From a virus (Duplodnaviria > Caudoviricetes), in IMG/VR virus record IMGVR_UViG_3300011335_000288, positions 1 to 26,430 of that record: a stretch of 26,430 bases of DNA. The stretch is one strand, 5' to 3'. A program made the translations under genes and the position numbers. Of this stretch, positions 1 through 8,748 are shown one piece after another; within the stretch, counting starts at the first letter, position 1; each line of letters opens with the position of its first letter. Below the pieces are notes generated by a model that saw only the letters and a program-made list of their open reading frames with translations, ran no database searches and was not told the origin of the DNA.

Positions 1-707
1 TCACTAGCAATCTTAGCCTGTGTGCCTTGTCCAGCCAGTTCACCGCCAGTTACAGCACCTTGTGACTGCGCTCTAGAGATCAATTCAGCAAAAGGAGTGT
101 TTACTTGTGTCTGCTGATTCATCTGTTGTTGTGGTACAAAGGCATTATTAAAGAGTCCTTGACCAATGTTAAGCTGTTGAGTCTGCTCATTCATTGCCTG
201 TGTACGACCCATAAGGGCATTCTGCGCTCTCTGCTCTTCTAAGGCTTTAGCAAAGGCAAACTGTTCAGGTGCGCCCCCGTACTGAGCAGTCTGTAAGCCG
301 CCTCTGCCTTGATTAAAGAGCCTCTGCTCCATGCCTAAGTACTCTCGTTGTCTAGAAGGTGCACTTGCAGCCTCCAACTGAGCAGTTACATCCATAGCTC
401 TCTGGTCGATAGGCTGTGCAGCTCCACTGAACATACCGCCACTAGATTGAAGAAGTTGATTCATCAATGCTTGTAGTTGAGGAGATAGCGTACTTGAGCC
501 GCCTCCTGGAGCAAAGGTGCTAGACCCAGTAGCTCCTGTTACTGTATACGGCTTAAACTGAATATCGCTTTGATACTTATTAGCTAGATCAGATAAGGCT
601 GTCTGTTGAGCAGTCCCTGCCGCCCTAGCCTCTTGAATACCCTGATTAGCTAGAGCAGCCGATCCAGCCATGCTTGTAACACCGCTTATTTGATCCCAAA
701 TACTCAT
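1..707 (-). CDS. Putative internal virion (ejection) protein, 3'-truncated by the window edge
   Basis: ATG at 707-705 overlaps the upstream TGA (ATGA). Reads MSIWDQISGVTSMAGSAALANQGIQEARAAG...IQFKPYTVTG; Gln/Ala/Gly-rich. Position after the tail nozzle gene is typical of ejection proteins. Not in the ORF track. Confidence 0.7.
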   Translation of the reverse strand, partial: MSIWDQISGVTSMAGSAALANQGIQEARAAGTAQQTALSDLANKYQSDIQFKPYTVTGATGSSTFAPGGGSSTLSPQLQALMNQLLQSSGGMFSGAAQPIDQRAMDVTAQLEAASAPSRQREYLGMEQRLFNQGRGGLQTAQYGGAPEQFAFAKALEEQRAQNALMGRTQAMNEQTQQLNIGQGLFNNAFVPQQQMNQQTQVNTPFAELISRAQSQGAVTGGELAGQGTQAKIAS

Positions 708-2227
708 ACTAATCTCCCCATTAGGGCTAGAACATCAATTTGTTGAATAGACAAAGCAGCTCCGTCAATCTCAGAAGTGATCCCAATTGTAGCTACAAAG
801 CCACTACCAGAAGCGTTAATAGAAGGTCTTGTGATAACAACACCAGTAGAATATTCTCCTACATTAAACTCAGCTACGTTATACTCACTTATAGAACCAC
901 TAGATAACGTGTATGCACTGCTACGATAGTTGTACAAGTAGTCGTACGCCCACTGTAAGTTAGTTATTGCACCTGCTCCACCAATGATGGTCATGGCTAT
1001 CTTCTTTAAGAACTTTAGGTTTGTAGCATTCCCAAAGGACATTGGATTAGAGAAGTATTCCATTGAGTAAGTAGCTGTGCCATCGTTATATTCATCAAAT
1101 AGAGTAATGCCATTAGCGTGTCCCATATAGAGACCGCCTGCCTTATTAACATGAAAGCACTGAGGCTCTATCTTATTCCATATAGTAGTTCTTGCAGAGC
1201 CATCCTCCAGCATTCCTCTCATGTCAAAGCAGTAGGTAATACCACTATACGGAAAGGTTACTAAGTAGAAGGCTTCTACAGTAGAGTAGACTGACTTGAT
1301 TATACCTGTCTCTAAAGTAATATAATTAGTAATATCATTACGAACATTACGAGATATATCTTTTAGTATTGCTGACTTCTCTTGTACTAAGCGACCAAGA
1401 CTCTGTACGCCATGTTCACTAAGCCATAGGATGTCTGCGCCTGTGTTCTGTACAGAGTCTCTAGCGATACAGCCTACGTTATCTATAATGTCTGTAAGTG
1501 CCATCGTGCTAGGGTCATCAGCACCTCCGTAGATTAAAGTAGACCTACGACCTATAATAACAAGGAAGTTATTGTGTTGTGCTAGTGCTACTATCTCATC
1601 AGAACCGCGAGGCCATACTTCATTAATATTTATAGAGCCTGAGCTGCCGCCAGTCCACTTATGTCCTTGTAGGAGATCAGACCAATAAACGGTGTGCTTA
1701 TCAGTAGTAAAGTCTGCTGCCCAGACTCTTCCAAAAGCTCCCAGTGCCTCATTAGCCTGTGGTGGAGTGCCCGCGCTCCCTGCTACTAGTGACATCTTCT
1801 CAATAGTTCCTGTACCTTCACTATAGACACAAGGCTGATAGCCACGTTGAAAGAAGTAGACCTTCTCATTAACCTCTACTATCTTCCAGTTCTCTGCTGT
1901 AATTGTGTAAGATGCTGGTGTTGCATCAACAAGAGTAGTAGTGCCTGTTAGTAGTTTATTATTCCCAGTAGAGAATACTACCTTAGTCCCATCAGACTTC
2001 TTTATGTACTCATAGATTGTGGTAAGCCCATTACCGCCAGAGATAGCAGCAGCGTTAGTAGTAATATAAGAGTAGCCCTTACGCGCTCCCACACGCCCAT
2101 ACTGGTCAATGACACAGTTAAGGGCAATAGAAGCAAACCTAGGAGGACTCTCTACAGGACTATCTTGGGTGTTCATCCCAAAGAAGCCAGGAGCAGCAAT
2201 AGAGACACTCTGAAGCTCTTGAGCCAT
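704..2227 (-). CDS. Tail nozzle / packaged-DNA stabilization protein (P22 gp10 / T7 gp12-like)
   Basis: About 507 aa, beta-rich (GRVWAAD, VYWSDLL, NVGCIARDSVQ). Follows the adaptor gene. Likely start is MAQELQ at 2227 (TAATG coupling) rather than 2242. Confidence 0.75.
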   Translation of the reverse strand: MAQELQSVSIAAPGFFGMNTQDSPVESPPRFASIALNCVIDQYGRVGARKGYSYITTNAAAISGGNGLTTIYEYIKKSDGTKVVFSTGNNKLLTGTTTLVDATPASYTITAENWKIVEVNEKVYFFQRGYQPCVYSEGTGTIEKMSLVAGSAGTPPQANEALGAFGRVWAADFTTDKHTVYWSDLLQGHKWTGGSSGSININEVWPRGSDEIVALAQHNNFLVIIGRRSTLIYGGADDPSTMALTDIIDNVGCIARDSVQNTGADILWLSEHGVQSLGRLVQEKSAILKDISRNVRNDITNYITLETGIIKSVYSTVEAFYLVTFPYSGITYCFDMRGMLEDGSARTTIWNKIEPQCFHVNKAGGLYMGHANGITLFDEYNDGTATYSMEYFSNPMSFGNATNLKFLKKIAMTIIGGAGAITNLQWAYDYLYNYRSSAYTLSSGSISEYNVAEFNVGEYSTGVVITRPSINASGSGFVATIGITSEIDGAALSIQQIDVLALMGRLV

Positions 2228-2874
2228 TAAATAACTCTCCAAGTAAGGTCTGCTTGATAGCGTGTAGCATCTAGAGCAATAGCGTCACCTAAGTACCTAT
2301 CAGCAAGCCCGAATAGCTCCTGTGCAGCCATACCGCCAGTCTCTCCTCTTTCTCTGGTAGCCATTGCCCACGCTACCATAATAATAGGCTGTATAGGGAG
2401 TAAAGTTATGTCTGTAGCTGCACTAAGTTCTGCTTCACGTACAACAGCATCAAACTTAAGCGTATAAGAACCATTAGGAGTAGGGTATATAATGATCTTC
2501 TGATCTCCGCTAGCGTCTGCGCCATTATAGCTAAAACAGCTTGGTGCGCCTGTTGCTGCTGTATTGAGATTGATCTTATCATTCATCTCATTTTGACTAA
2601 TCAAATCCATACGGCTTAGTTGAGTAGAGTTATACACATCTAATAACTTAAAGTTAGTACCAAAGCCCGTAAGGGTATAGGTGTTATCTGAGACAACAGC
2701 AGAGACAGTGTAGGTAGTCTTTAGAGCAGTCCAGTCCCATGCTTCTTCTACAGTCTTCTTAGCATCGTTAACCAGATAACCTATAAGGGTAACATAGTCA
2801 TTATCTGTAGGAGTTGTTGCTGAAAGCTCTCTTAATCTAACAAGCACTCTATTAATAATGTTTATAAATGTCAT
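2227..2874 (-). CDS. Tail adaptor / tubular protein A-like
   Basis: 215 aa with MTFINIINRVLVRLRE...VNDAKKTVEEAWDWTAL and IYPTPNGSYTLKF, typical of podoviral head-tail adaptors; synteny with the nozzle gene. Confidence 0.75.
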   Translation of the reverse strand: MTFINIINRVLVRLRELSATTPTDNDYVTLIGYLVNDAKKTVEEAWDWTALKTTYTVSAVVSDNTYTLTGFGTNFKLLDVYNSTQLSRMDLISQNEMNDKINLNTAATGAPSCFSYNGADASGDQKIIIYPTPNGSYTLKFDAVVREAELSAATDITLLPIQPIIMVAWAMATRERGETGGMAAQELFGLADRYLGDAIALDATRYQADLTWRVI

Positions 2875-2877
2875 TAG

Positions 2878-4449
2878 TTAGTACCTACCGTAACTTAAGA
2901 GGTTGTCTAGAAGTGTGAATTTATCTCTCTGATACTTGTACGGGTCGCCAAACAGTAAGTCGCTAGTCCTTGTAGGTGACGAGAACAAGCCACCACCACT
3001 ACTCGGAGGAGGGGGCGGAGGAGGCGGAGTAGGTATTACTGGCGGTGTAGCAGGTATTACTGGGGGTATAGGAGGTTCTTCTGCATCTATAACTCCATTG
3101 TTATTAATGTCTACATTGACAACTGGAGGAACTACCGCTGGAGGCGCAGGAACAACTGGAGCAACTGGAACTACCGCAGGAGGAGTATCTAGAAGTCCTG
3201 TAGTTACAATGGGTGTGCTTACTTTAGGTGTAGTTGTAATCGTTTTACTTGTAATAGGTGTACTTGAAGTAGGAGCAGTTACAACAGGAGCAGTTACAAC
3301 AGGAGCAGTTACTACAGGAGCAGTTACTACAGGAGCAGTTACTACAGGAGTAGTTACAGTAGGAACTTGAGTAGCAATAGCGGTATCAAGAGCTATTTGA
3401 GCTGCTACATCTTTTCCTGTTAAATCAGAAGGAGGTGCTAACGTACTTGGTAAAGCTGCATCATATCTGCTTTGAATAGTTGCTATAGGCGTACCAGTAG
3501 CCTTAGCCATGTCTGCTGGTGTAATACCGTTATCGTCCATAGTTGCTCTTATGAACTCATCAGAGGCATTAGGGTACTTACCTAGCCAATCTATAATTAC
3601 TTTAGTCTTAGCCTCTTCCTCTAGTGCTTTTGCTTCTGCTGCTTGTTCCTCTTTTGTCTTTACTACAGTTATAGGGGCAAGGCCACTAGCACCTGCTTGA
3701 ATAGTACCTAGTACATTCCCTCCTAATACATCCTTAGCAGCTCCCCCAATAATATCGCCTGCCGTAGGAGTTGCTACGTTAGGACTACCTATACCCCCCG
3801 CCTGCGCACCAGCAAGAATTAACATATCGAGAACATTACTACCAGTAGTCATACCCGGTTGAACGCCACCAACAGTCGGGCCAACAGGGACATAAGAACC
3901 TGTAGGGGTAGATGAGTTAGGGTACGTAGTCGAGTAGCCAACTGTACCAGCAGCGGGGTTAAATACAAGAGCCTGATTACCACCAGTAAAGAAGTCAGCT
4001 ACCTGCCCTAACCAAGAGTCACTAGTAGGATCAGGTGTTCCAGCTACAGCGGTAGCACTGGGAGGCGTAACAGGGGTGGCTAAGGGTGTACCATACACCT
4101 GTCCATTCCATGACCAAGTACCGTCATACCTCTTCTCTGGAGCAGGCGTATTAGCTACATCTTCGTAGTTAGTTACATCCCATGCCTCTAAAGGTACGCC
4201 AGCCGCTAAACCCTCATTCTGTAAGGCAACATTAGCCATCTGAGAGTTCTGTCTATCAACCTCTCCCTGTGCTATTTGATTAGACACAAAGTTAAGAAAG
4301 GTAGGTATTACAGCAGCACCCGCCAGAGAGCCTAGAGAACTAAAGAGTCCTCCAGCAGCACCCGCAGCACCTGCGCCTACTTCAGCAGCAACTGATGCTT
4401 GTGTTGGTTGCGATAAGTACCACGCTAAAGTATCTTCTATTCCAGCCAT
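2878..4449 (-). CDS. Pro/Thr/Gly-rich low-complexity protein, probable virion or ejection protein
   Basis: 523 aa ORF in the virion arm with (VVTAP)n repeats, a poly-Pro tract, a small helical domain and an EF-hand-like loop. Confidence 0.75.
   Translation of the reverse strand: MAGIEDTLAWYLSQPTQASVAAEVGAGAAGAAGGLFSSLGSLAGAAVIPTFLNFVSNQIAQGEVDRQNSQMANVALQNEGLAAGVPLEAWDVTNYEDVANTPAPEKRYDGTWSWNGQVYGTPLATPVTPPSATAVAGTPDPTSDSWLGQVADFFTGGNQALVFNPAAGTVGYSTTYPNSSTPTGSYVPVGPTVGGVQPGMTTGSNVLDMLILAGAQAGGIGSPNVATPTAGDIIGGAAKDVLGGNVLGTIQAGASGLAPITVVKTKEEQAAEAKALEEEAKTKVIIDWLGKYPNASDEFIRATMDDNGITPADMAKATGTPIATIQSRYDAALPSTLAPPSDLTGKDVAAQIALDTAIATQVPTVTTPVVTAPVVTAPVVTAPVVTAPVVTAPTSSTPITSKTITTTPKVSTPIVTTGLLDTPPAVVPVAPVVPAPPAVVPPVVNVDINNNGVIDAEEPPIPPVIPATPPVIPTPPPPPPPPSSGGGLFSSPTRTSDLLFGDPYKYQRDKFTLLDNLLSYGRY
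3271..3360. repeat. 15-bp tandem repeat AGGAGCAGTTAC(A/T)AC x5 plus 1 degenerate copy, encoding VVTAP
   Basis: Units start at 3271, 3286, 3301, 3316, 3331 and 3346 (degenerate). Confidence 0.95.
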
Positions 4450-4450
4450 C

Positions 4451-4900
4451 TTATTTCTTTCCTTTAGTTGGCATAGTCTCTCTTGACACTTCTCTTACCT
4501 TCTCAAAGGTTCTGAGTCCGCCCAAGCCCAACATACCCATAAGTACAGTCATTAGCTCACCTGAATCTAGTTGTGGAAGCGGTGGAAGAACAAGTAAAGG
4601 GTGGTTCATACCGTATACAAGTAAGCCAAACTCTAGGAAGGGCTTACCAATGTAGTTATACGCTAAAGCCATACCACACACCCAGCCTACAAAGGGTCGC
4701 CAACCTGCTACAAACATATTACCGCTAGCAGCTTCTTCTCTATTGATCTCTAGCTGACCAACTACTAACTGTAACTCACCTTGGAACTCTGCTGATCTAG
4801 CCTGCGCCCCTAACTTAGCGGCTAAATCTTTATCAGCTACAAACTTATCAATAAAGTTATCAAGTAAACCTATACCAGCAGTGACAGGATCGAAGCTCAT
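4451..4900 (-). CDS. 3TM holin (GTA holin-like family)
   Basis: Signature FVAGWRPFVGWVCG...LMGMLGLGGLRTFEK with hydrophobic helices. Confidence 0.8.
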   Translation of the reverse strand: MSFDPVTAGIGLLDNFIDKFVADKDLAAKLGAQARSAEFQGELQLVVGQLEINREEAASGNMFVAGWRPFVGWVCGMALAYNYIGKPFLEFGLLVYGMNHPLLVLPPLPQLDSGELMTVLMGMLGLGGLRTFEKVREVSRETMPTKGKK

Positions 4901-5331
4901 GAATAATTCTCTAAATACTGATTAGCACCTATCCTATTGGCCTCAAACCAACCGAGAGAGGTATTACACTGGTGGCACAATATGCCCCGTACATTCCCTG
5001 TTTTATGGTCGTGATCTACATGGTATGCCCTAGCGCTTGGCTTAAGGCAAATCGCACACACCCCTTTTTGTTCAGCAAGCATTTGATTAAATCTTTCTAG
5101 ATTAATTCCATACTTACGTATTAGGTTAGCGTTCCTGTAGGCGGTTTTATTGCGTGCATAATGCGCTTGCTTGATTGCTTTTATACGATCAGGATTCCGC
5201 AAGCGCCATTCCTTGACTTTGGTTTTTTGTGTCTCGGTCTTGCATCTCTTGCTTCTGGCAGCCGCTACTCTTTCTGGGTGGCGCTCTCTATACAGCTTGC
5301 AAGCGGCAGCGTTAGCTGGATCAAGAGCCAT
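4897..5331 (-). CDS. Recombination endonuclease VII-family (His-Me finger) nuclease, probably a free-standing homing endonuclease
   Basis: KYGI...QKGVCAIC...HVDHDHKTGNVRGILCHQCNTSLG motif with a basic helical N-terminus. Confidence 0.85.
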   Translation of the reverse strand: MALDPANAAACKLYRERHPERVAAARSKRCKTETQKTKVKEWRLRNPDRIKAIKQAHYARNKTAYRNANLIRKYGINLERFNQMLAEQKGVCAICLKPSARAYHVDHDHKTGNVRGILCHQCNTSLGWFEANRIGANQYLENYS

Positions 5332-5552
5332 TATTTATCAGCCTTCAACTCTAGCTTATCAAATATCTGCCGCAACATTGCCTTAATGTCATGAATATCT
5401 GATTTATAGTCTTCTTTAGCAACATAGACTTTAGGGAGATCCCTGACGTCATTGTCTAACCGTTCAATAGCTGCCCATATCTTATTGACTAAGAAGCCTC
5501 CTAAGAATGCGGCTGATCCCAGTGCTAAATTGAATGCTTCTTGATAATCCAT
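5331..5552 (-). CDS. Small single-TM plus coiled-coil protein (holin/antiholin-like)
   Basis: N-terminal hydrophobic helix FNLALGSAAFLGGFLV, then LPKVYVAKEDY...IFDKLE; AAGGA RBS. Confidence 0.65.
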   Translation of the reverse strand: MDYQEAFNLALGSAAFLGGFLVNKIWAAIERLDNDVRDLPKVYVAKEDYKSDIHDIKAMLRQIFDKLELKADK

Positions 5553-5573
5553 ATCTGTTCCTTATTAACTAAC

Positions 5574-5660
5574 TTAGTACGATGTGTAACTTGGTTTACT
5601 CTTTTTAGGAGTCTTAACTGGTTTAGCCTTTGGTTTAGTCTTTGATTTAGTCTTATTCAT
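5574..5660 (-). CDS. 28-aa Lys/Pro-rich microprotein
   Basis: MNKTKSKTKPKAKPVKTPKKSKPSYTSY; AAGAGGT RBS; starts 3 nt after the preceding stop. Below the ORF-track cutoff. Confidence 0.65.
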   Translation of the reverse strand: MNKTKSKTKPKAKPVKTPKKSKPSYTSY

Positions 5661-5663
5661 AGG

Positions 5664-5819
5664 TTACCTCTTTTTAGTGGTTGCTTTAGGTTTATGAACT
5701 AGATATTTGCTACTGGCATTATGAGTCTTACCTGACATCAGATTCCCTTTAGAATCCTTATGGGTAGCACCCTTATGTTCAGTACCATCTTTAAAGTAAT
5801 GTTTAACACCTGTAGCCAT
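5664..5819 (-). CDS. 51-aa basic His/Lys-rich microprotein
   Basis: MATGVKHYFKDGTEHKGATHKDSKGNLMSGKTHNASSKYLVHKPKATTKKR; TAATG coupling to the upstream gene. Confidence 0.75.
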   Translation of the reverse strand: MATGVKHYFKDGTEHKGATHKDSKGNLMSGKTHNASSKYLVHKPKATTKKR

Positions 5820-5980
5820 TATTTTTTACCTTTTACTGTAACTTTCTTTGCGGTTTTAGCTGCGTCCTTAAATGCGGATGCGGTTGGTGCGCCTTTTGCT
5901 CCAACTTTACGCATTGTCTCGCCAGAGCCTTCTTTAATGCGTTTCTTCTTTGCTGCAATGTTTGCGTATAAACCTATCAT
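5819..5980 (-). CDS. 53-aa Lys/Ala-rich microprotein
   Basis: MIGLYANIAAKKKRIKEGSGETMRKVGAKGAPTASAFKDAAKTAKKVTVKGKK; GAGGA RBS. The GLYANI...KGAPT pattern is one I recognise from aquatic phage hypothetical proteins. Confidence 0.8.
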   Translation of the reverse strand: MIGLYANIAAKKKRIKEGSGETMRKVGAKGAPTASAFKDAAKTAKKVTVKGKK

Positions 5981-5989
5981 ATTACATCC

Positions 5990-6268
5990 TCACCATTTTA
6001 CCTTGTTTGCCCAGTATGCTGCTGACATCTTACCTTTGTCTATGTTCTCTGCATGACGAGCTTTAAATGATGCTCGCCTAGCCTTATCTGCTGCTGACTC
6101 GCCTCCCCTCTTGGGTGAACCACTCACGCCTTGCTGACCAAACCTAATAGTCTTAATCTCATCTCCTGACTTAGCCACTACTACATGAGACTTAGTTGGG
6201 TGGCTAGGTGTACGCTTTGGCTGATTAAAGCCTGAGACACCTGCGTTAGTTAATCGTGAATCTTTCAT
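5990..6268 (-). CDS. 92-aa basic protein (DUF6321-like)
   Basis: KSHVVVAK...IRFGQQG...RRASFKARH...MSAAYWANKVKW; GGAG RBS. Confidence 0.8.
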   Translation of the reverse strand: MKDSRLTNAGVSGFNQPKRTPSHPTKSHVVVAKSGDEIKTIRFGQQGVSGSPKRGGESAADKARRASFKARHAENIDKGKMSAAYWANKVKW

Positions 6269-6272
6269 CTGT

Positions 6273-6770
6273 TTACTCCGGTTTATCAGGGTATATAACT
6301 GTTAACGGAAATCCATTTTGAGTAGGTATATCTCGCAAAGCCTGACGGTAGGTAGCCCACTCTGTTGCTACAGAACTATCCGTCTCGAATGCTCTAATTG
6401 CTACCCAGTCACATTCCGCAAGTTGTGCATCTCTGCTTGCCCTAACACTCTTAGCTTGCTCAGTATCTTTCTGCGCTTTGTAGGCTGCCTCTTGTTCTGC
6501 GGCTGTAGTCTCGCCATCAGTGAACACTGGCCCAAGAATGTACTTGGTGTACCACTTGCCGTCTGACTGCTGCTCAATGCCTTCACGCTGTGAGTATTGA
6601 TACACAGTGCCGCCCGTTGCTTGTGCGCCCTCGAACACTGGGTCAGAGTCGAAGCGGTCGTATATGTCTGCGGTCATTGCGCTAATAGACTTTGCGTAAG
6701 TAGTCGCTACCCACTTAATCCACTCGTGTTCTAAGAGTACCTGACCTGTTGCTCTGATTCTGATCTGCAT
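6273..6770 (-). CDS. Tail fibre assembly chaperone-like protein
   Basis: C-terminal RASRDAQLAECDW...WATYRQALRDIPTQNGFP...YPDKP motif; directly downstream of the tail fibre genes. Confidence 0.8.
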   Translation of the reverse strand: MQIRIRATGQVLLEHEWIKWVATTYAKSISAMTADIYDRFDSDPVFEGAQATGGTVYQYSQREGIEQQSDGKWYTKYILGPVFTDGETTAAEQEAAYKAQKDTEQAKSVRASRDAQLAECDWVAIRAFETDSSVATEWATYRQALRDIPTQNGFPLTVIYPDKPE

Positions 6771-6777
6771 GATTACC

Positions 6778-8748
6778 TCAAGCTATTGCAAGGAAGATGT
6801 AGGTTGCTGAAGTCACGTTCACGTTTGTAGCTGAGTCCTGATTCACGATGAAACCGCTGTTGTCGGTGTCCACGCTGTCGTCTGTGGTGACTTCGTCTGC
6901 TGTGGTGTTAAGGCTTAGGTGCGGGTCGTTACCTGCAATGATGCCCCTAGCTGAATCCCAGACGTACCAATCGCCAGTTGAGTCAGTGCGCTTGATAAGA
7001 ACGAACCTTGAGCCAGCAGTAAAGCCACACGCTATGGTTTGGCTTGAGCCGTTGCCTGTGTATGAGCCGACTTTGCTGACACCAGCGCAGGTGGCAAATA
7101 GGTAGTTGACGTAGGTATTAGCGGATGCATCTATGTTTGTACCACCTGTTACTGTAAATACAGCAGATGTTGGTGCTGTATTATTCCAGTACAGCGCACT
7201 TGTACCACCGATACCGTCACTGTTTAATAAAATAAATTTAGTAGCCCCCAATCCAGAGTGGTAGCACTGCCAGCTCTGATTTGAAGGCCCTCGTTGTTTG
7301 ACAATCATAAATTCAGGCGCAACAGTGAGATTATGTGAAAATGTACTTACTGTCCCGTATCCACCACCCGTATAACAAACCTCATCAAAGAAGCCGGGGG
7401 CTCGGCAGAATAGCCAATTGGCGTATGTTCCAGCGGAGCCGTTAAAGTATCTCTCAGTTGTGTCCGCACCAAGTGAAACTCCATCCATGTTAAATGACGT
7501 AACCATTGTGCTGTCAGAAGTTTCAGCGTCAGTCCATGACGGGGCTAAATAGGTAGTCGTTCCTTTGAGGCGGTCAAATTCGGCAGTTCCTACGCTATAC
7601 CCTGTTCTTGGTTTGCCAATAATAAAATCGGGCGTAAATCCAATACCAGTAATTTGTGCAGTTGCGCCCGTTCCTGTTCTCGCCACAGGACTAAACACAC
7701 TCGTCCCCACCGTAGGCACTTTCATCGGGCTGCGACGGATGGCTATGTAGATGATTGTTTGAGTGGCATACCAACCACTAGCATTGAAACCAGTGGCAGT
7801 AGGACTTCCAAATGACTGAATTGTTTCTGCGGCTGATAGATTTGGATACAAACTTGCTTCACTACTGGATGTGTTTGCCGTCCATCCCCTCATGGTATCC
7901 ATCAGAACCCAATCTGCATTGGTTCCATTAGTGTTTTTCAGTAACAACCACTGCGGCTCATACCCAAGGTTTACCGTAGCTTTGCCACTACCATCAGTCG
8001 TAAACGACCCACACGAAATCACATTGTCCGTACCAGTCAGACCGAAGCCGCCTGCGTTATGGGCGAATAGGTAGGCAACGTATGTGCCTCCGTTTGTATT
8101 GAGATCACCACCGGTGTCTTGTAAATAAGATGGCTCAAAATACGTCGCTGTAATTGCTGTTGAAAAGTCTAAAGTGCCCCCGGCAGCGGCTGTTACATTT
8201 AGACCATTAGAACTGCCTGTAAAGTAGGCATAAGTTGTCCCTGTTGTTCTCGCAACAACACCCCAATTTGATGTGGTATCTGTACGTTTAATAATGATAC
8301 AGCCCGGCACTGAACCAAGATTGTGTGCAATGTTTTGTGAAGAACCATTCCCCGTATACGTCACAACATCAAAGAACTTCGGCTGCTTGCGGAATGTCCA
8401 TGAGACATAGGTGGCTGCGCTGGTGTTGTAATCAGCATCAGCACCAATCGTAAATCCTGTTGTACCAAACGCAGTTAATCCTGTGGTTTCAGTTGCTTCT
8501 GCCGCAGTTGAATCTGATGCAAGTGATTTTGTAACACCTCTTGCCGTGTCAGTTAAACGATGCCCCGTAGTGCCTGACCTACCTTTAATCCAAGTCAAAC
8601 CACCCTTGGTAGACAGATCAATATTGTTTGTGATCGTCAGTGCCGCACCTGTTCCCGTATACAGATAAGTTGAGAACACATCCTCGATATACACCGCCGG
8701 AGCGCTTCCAGCACCCTCGCCCAATAATAGCTGCTGATTATTTGCCAT
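6778..8748 (-). CDS. Receptor-binding / tail fibre-associated protein with repeated beta modules (DUF7483-like)
   Basis: 656 aa; six recurrences of a YTGxG...P-x-hhhKxR...D..RG...L..N/S...AE module. Confidence 0.75.
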   Translation of the reverse strand: MANNQQLLLGEGAGSAPAVYIEDVFSTYLYTGTGAALTITNNIDLSTKGGLTWIKGRSGTTGHRLTDTARGVTKSLASDSTAAEATETTGLTAFGTTGFTIGADADYNTSAATYVSWTFRKQPKFFDVVTYTGNGSSQNIAHNLGSVPGCIIIKRTDTTSNWGVVARTTGTTYAYFTGSSNGLNVTAAAGGTLDFSTAITATYFEPSYLQDTGGDLNTNGGTYVAYLFAHNAGGFGLTGTDNVISCGSFTTDGSGKATVNLGYEPQWLLLKNTNGTNADWVLMDTMRGWTANTSSSEASLYPNLSAAETIQSFGSPTATGFNASGWYATQTIIYIAIRRSPMKVPTVGTSVFSPVARTGTGATAQITGIGFTPDFIIGKPRTGYSVGTAEFDRLKGTTTYLAPSWTDAETSDSTMVTSFNMDGVSLGADTTERYFNGSAGTYANWLFCRAPGFFDEVCYTGGGYGTVSTFSHNLTVAPEFMIVKQRGPSNQSWQCYHSGLGATKFILLNSDGIGGTSALYWNNTAPTSAVFTVTGGTNIDASANTYVNYLFATCAGVSKVGSYTGNGSSQTIACGFTAGSRFVLIKRTDSTGDWYVWDSARGIIAGNDPHLSLNTTADEVTTDDSVDTDNSGFIVNQDSATNVNVTSATYIFLAIA

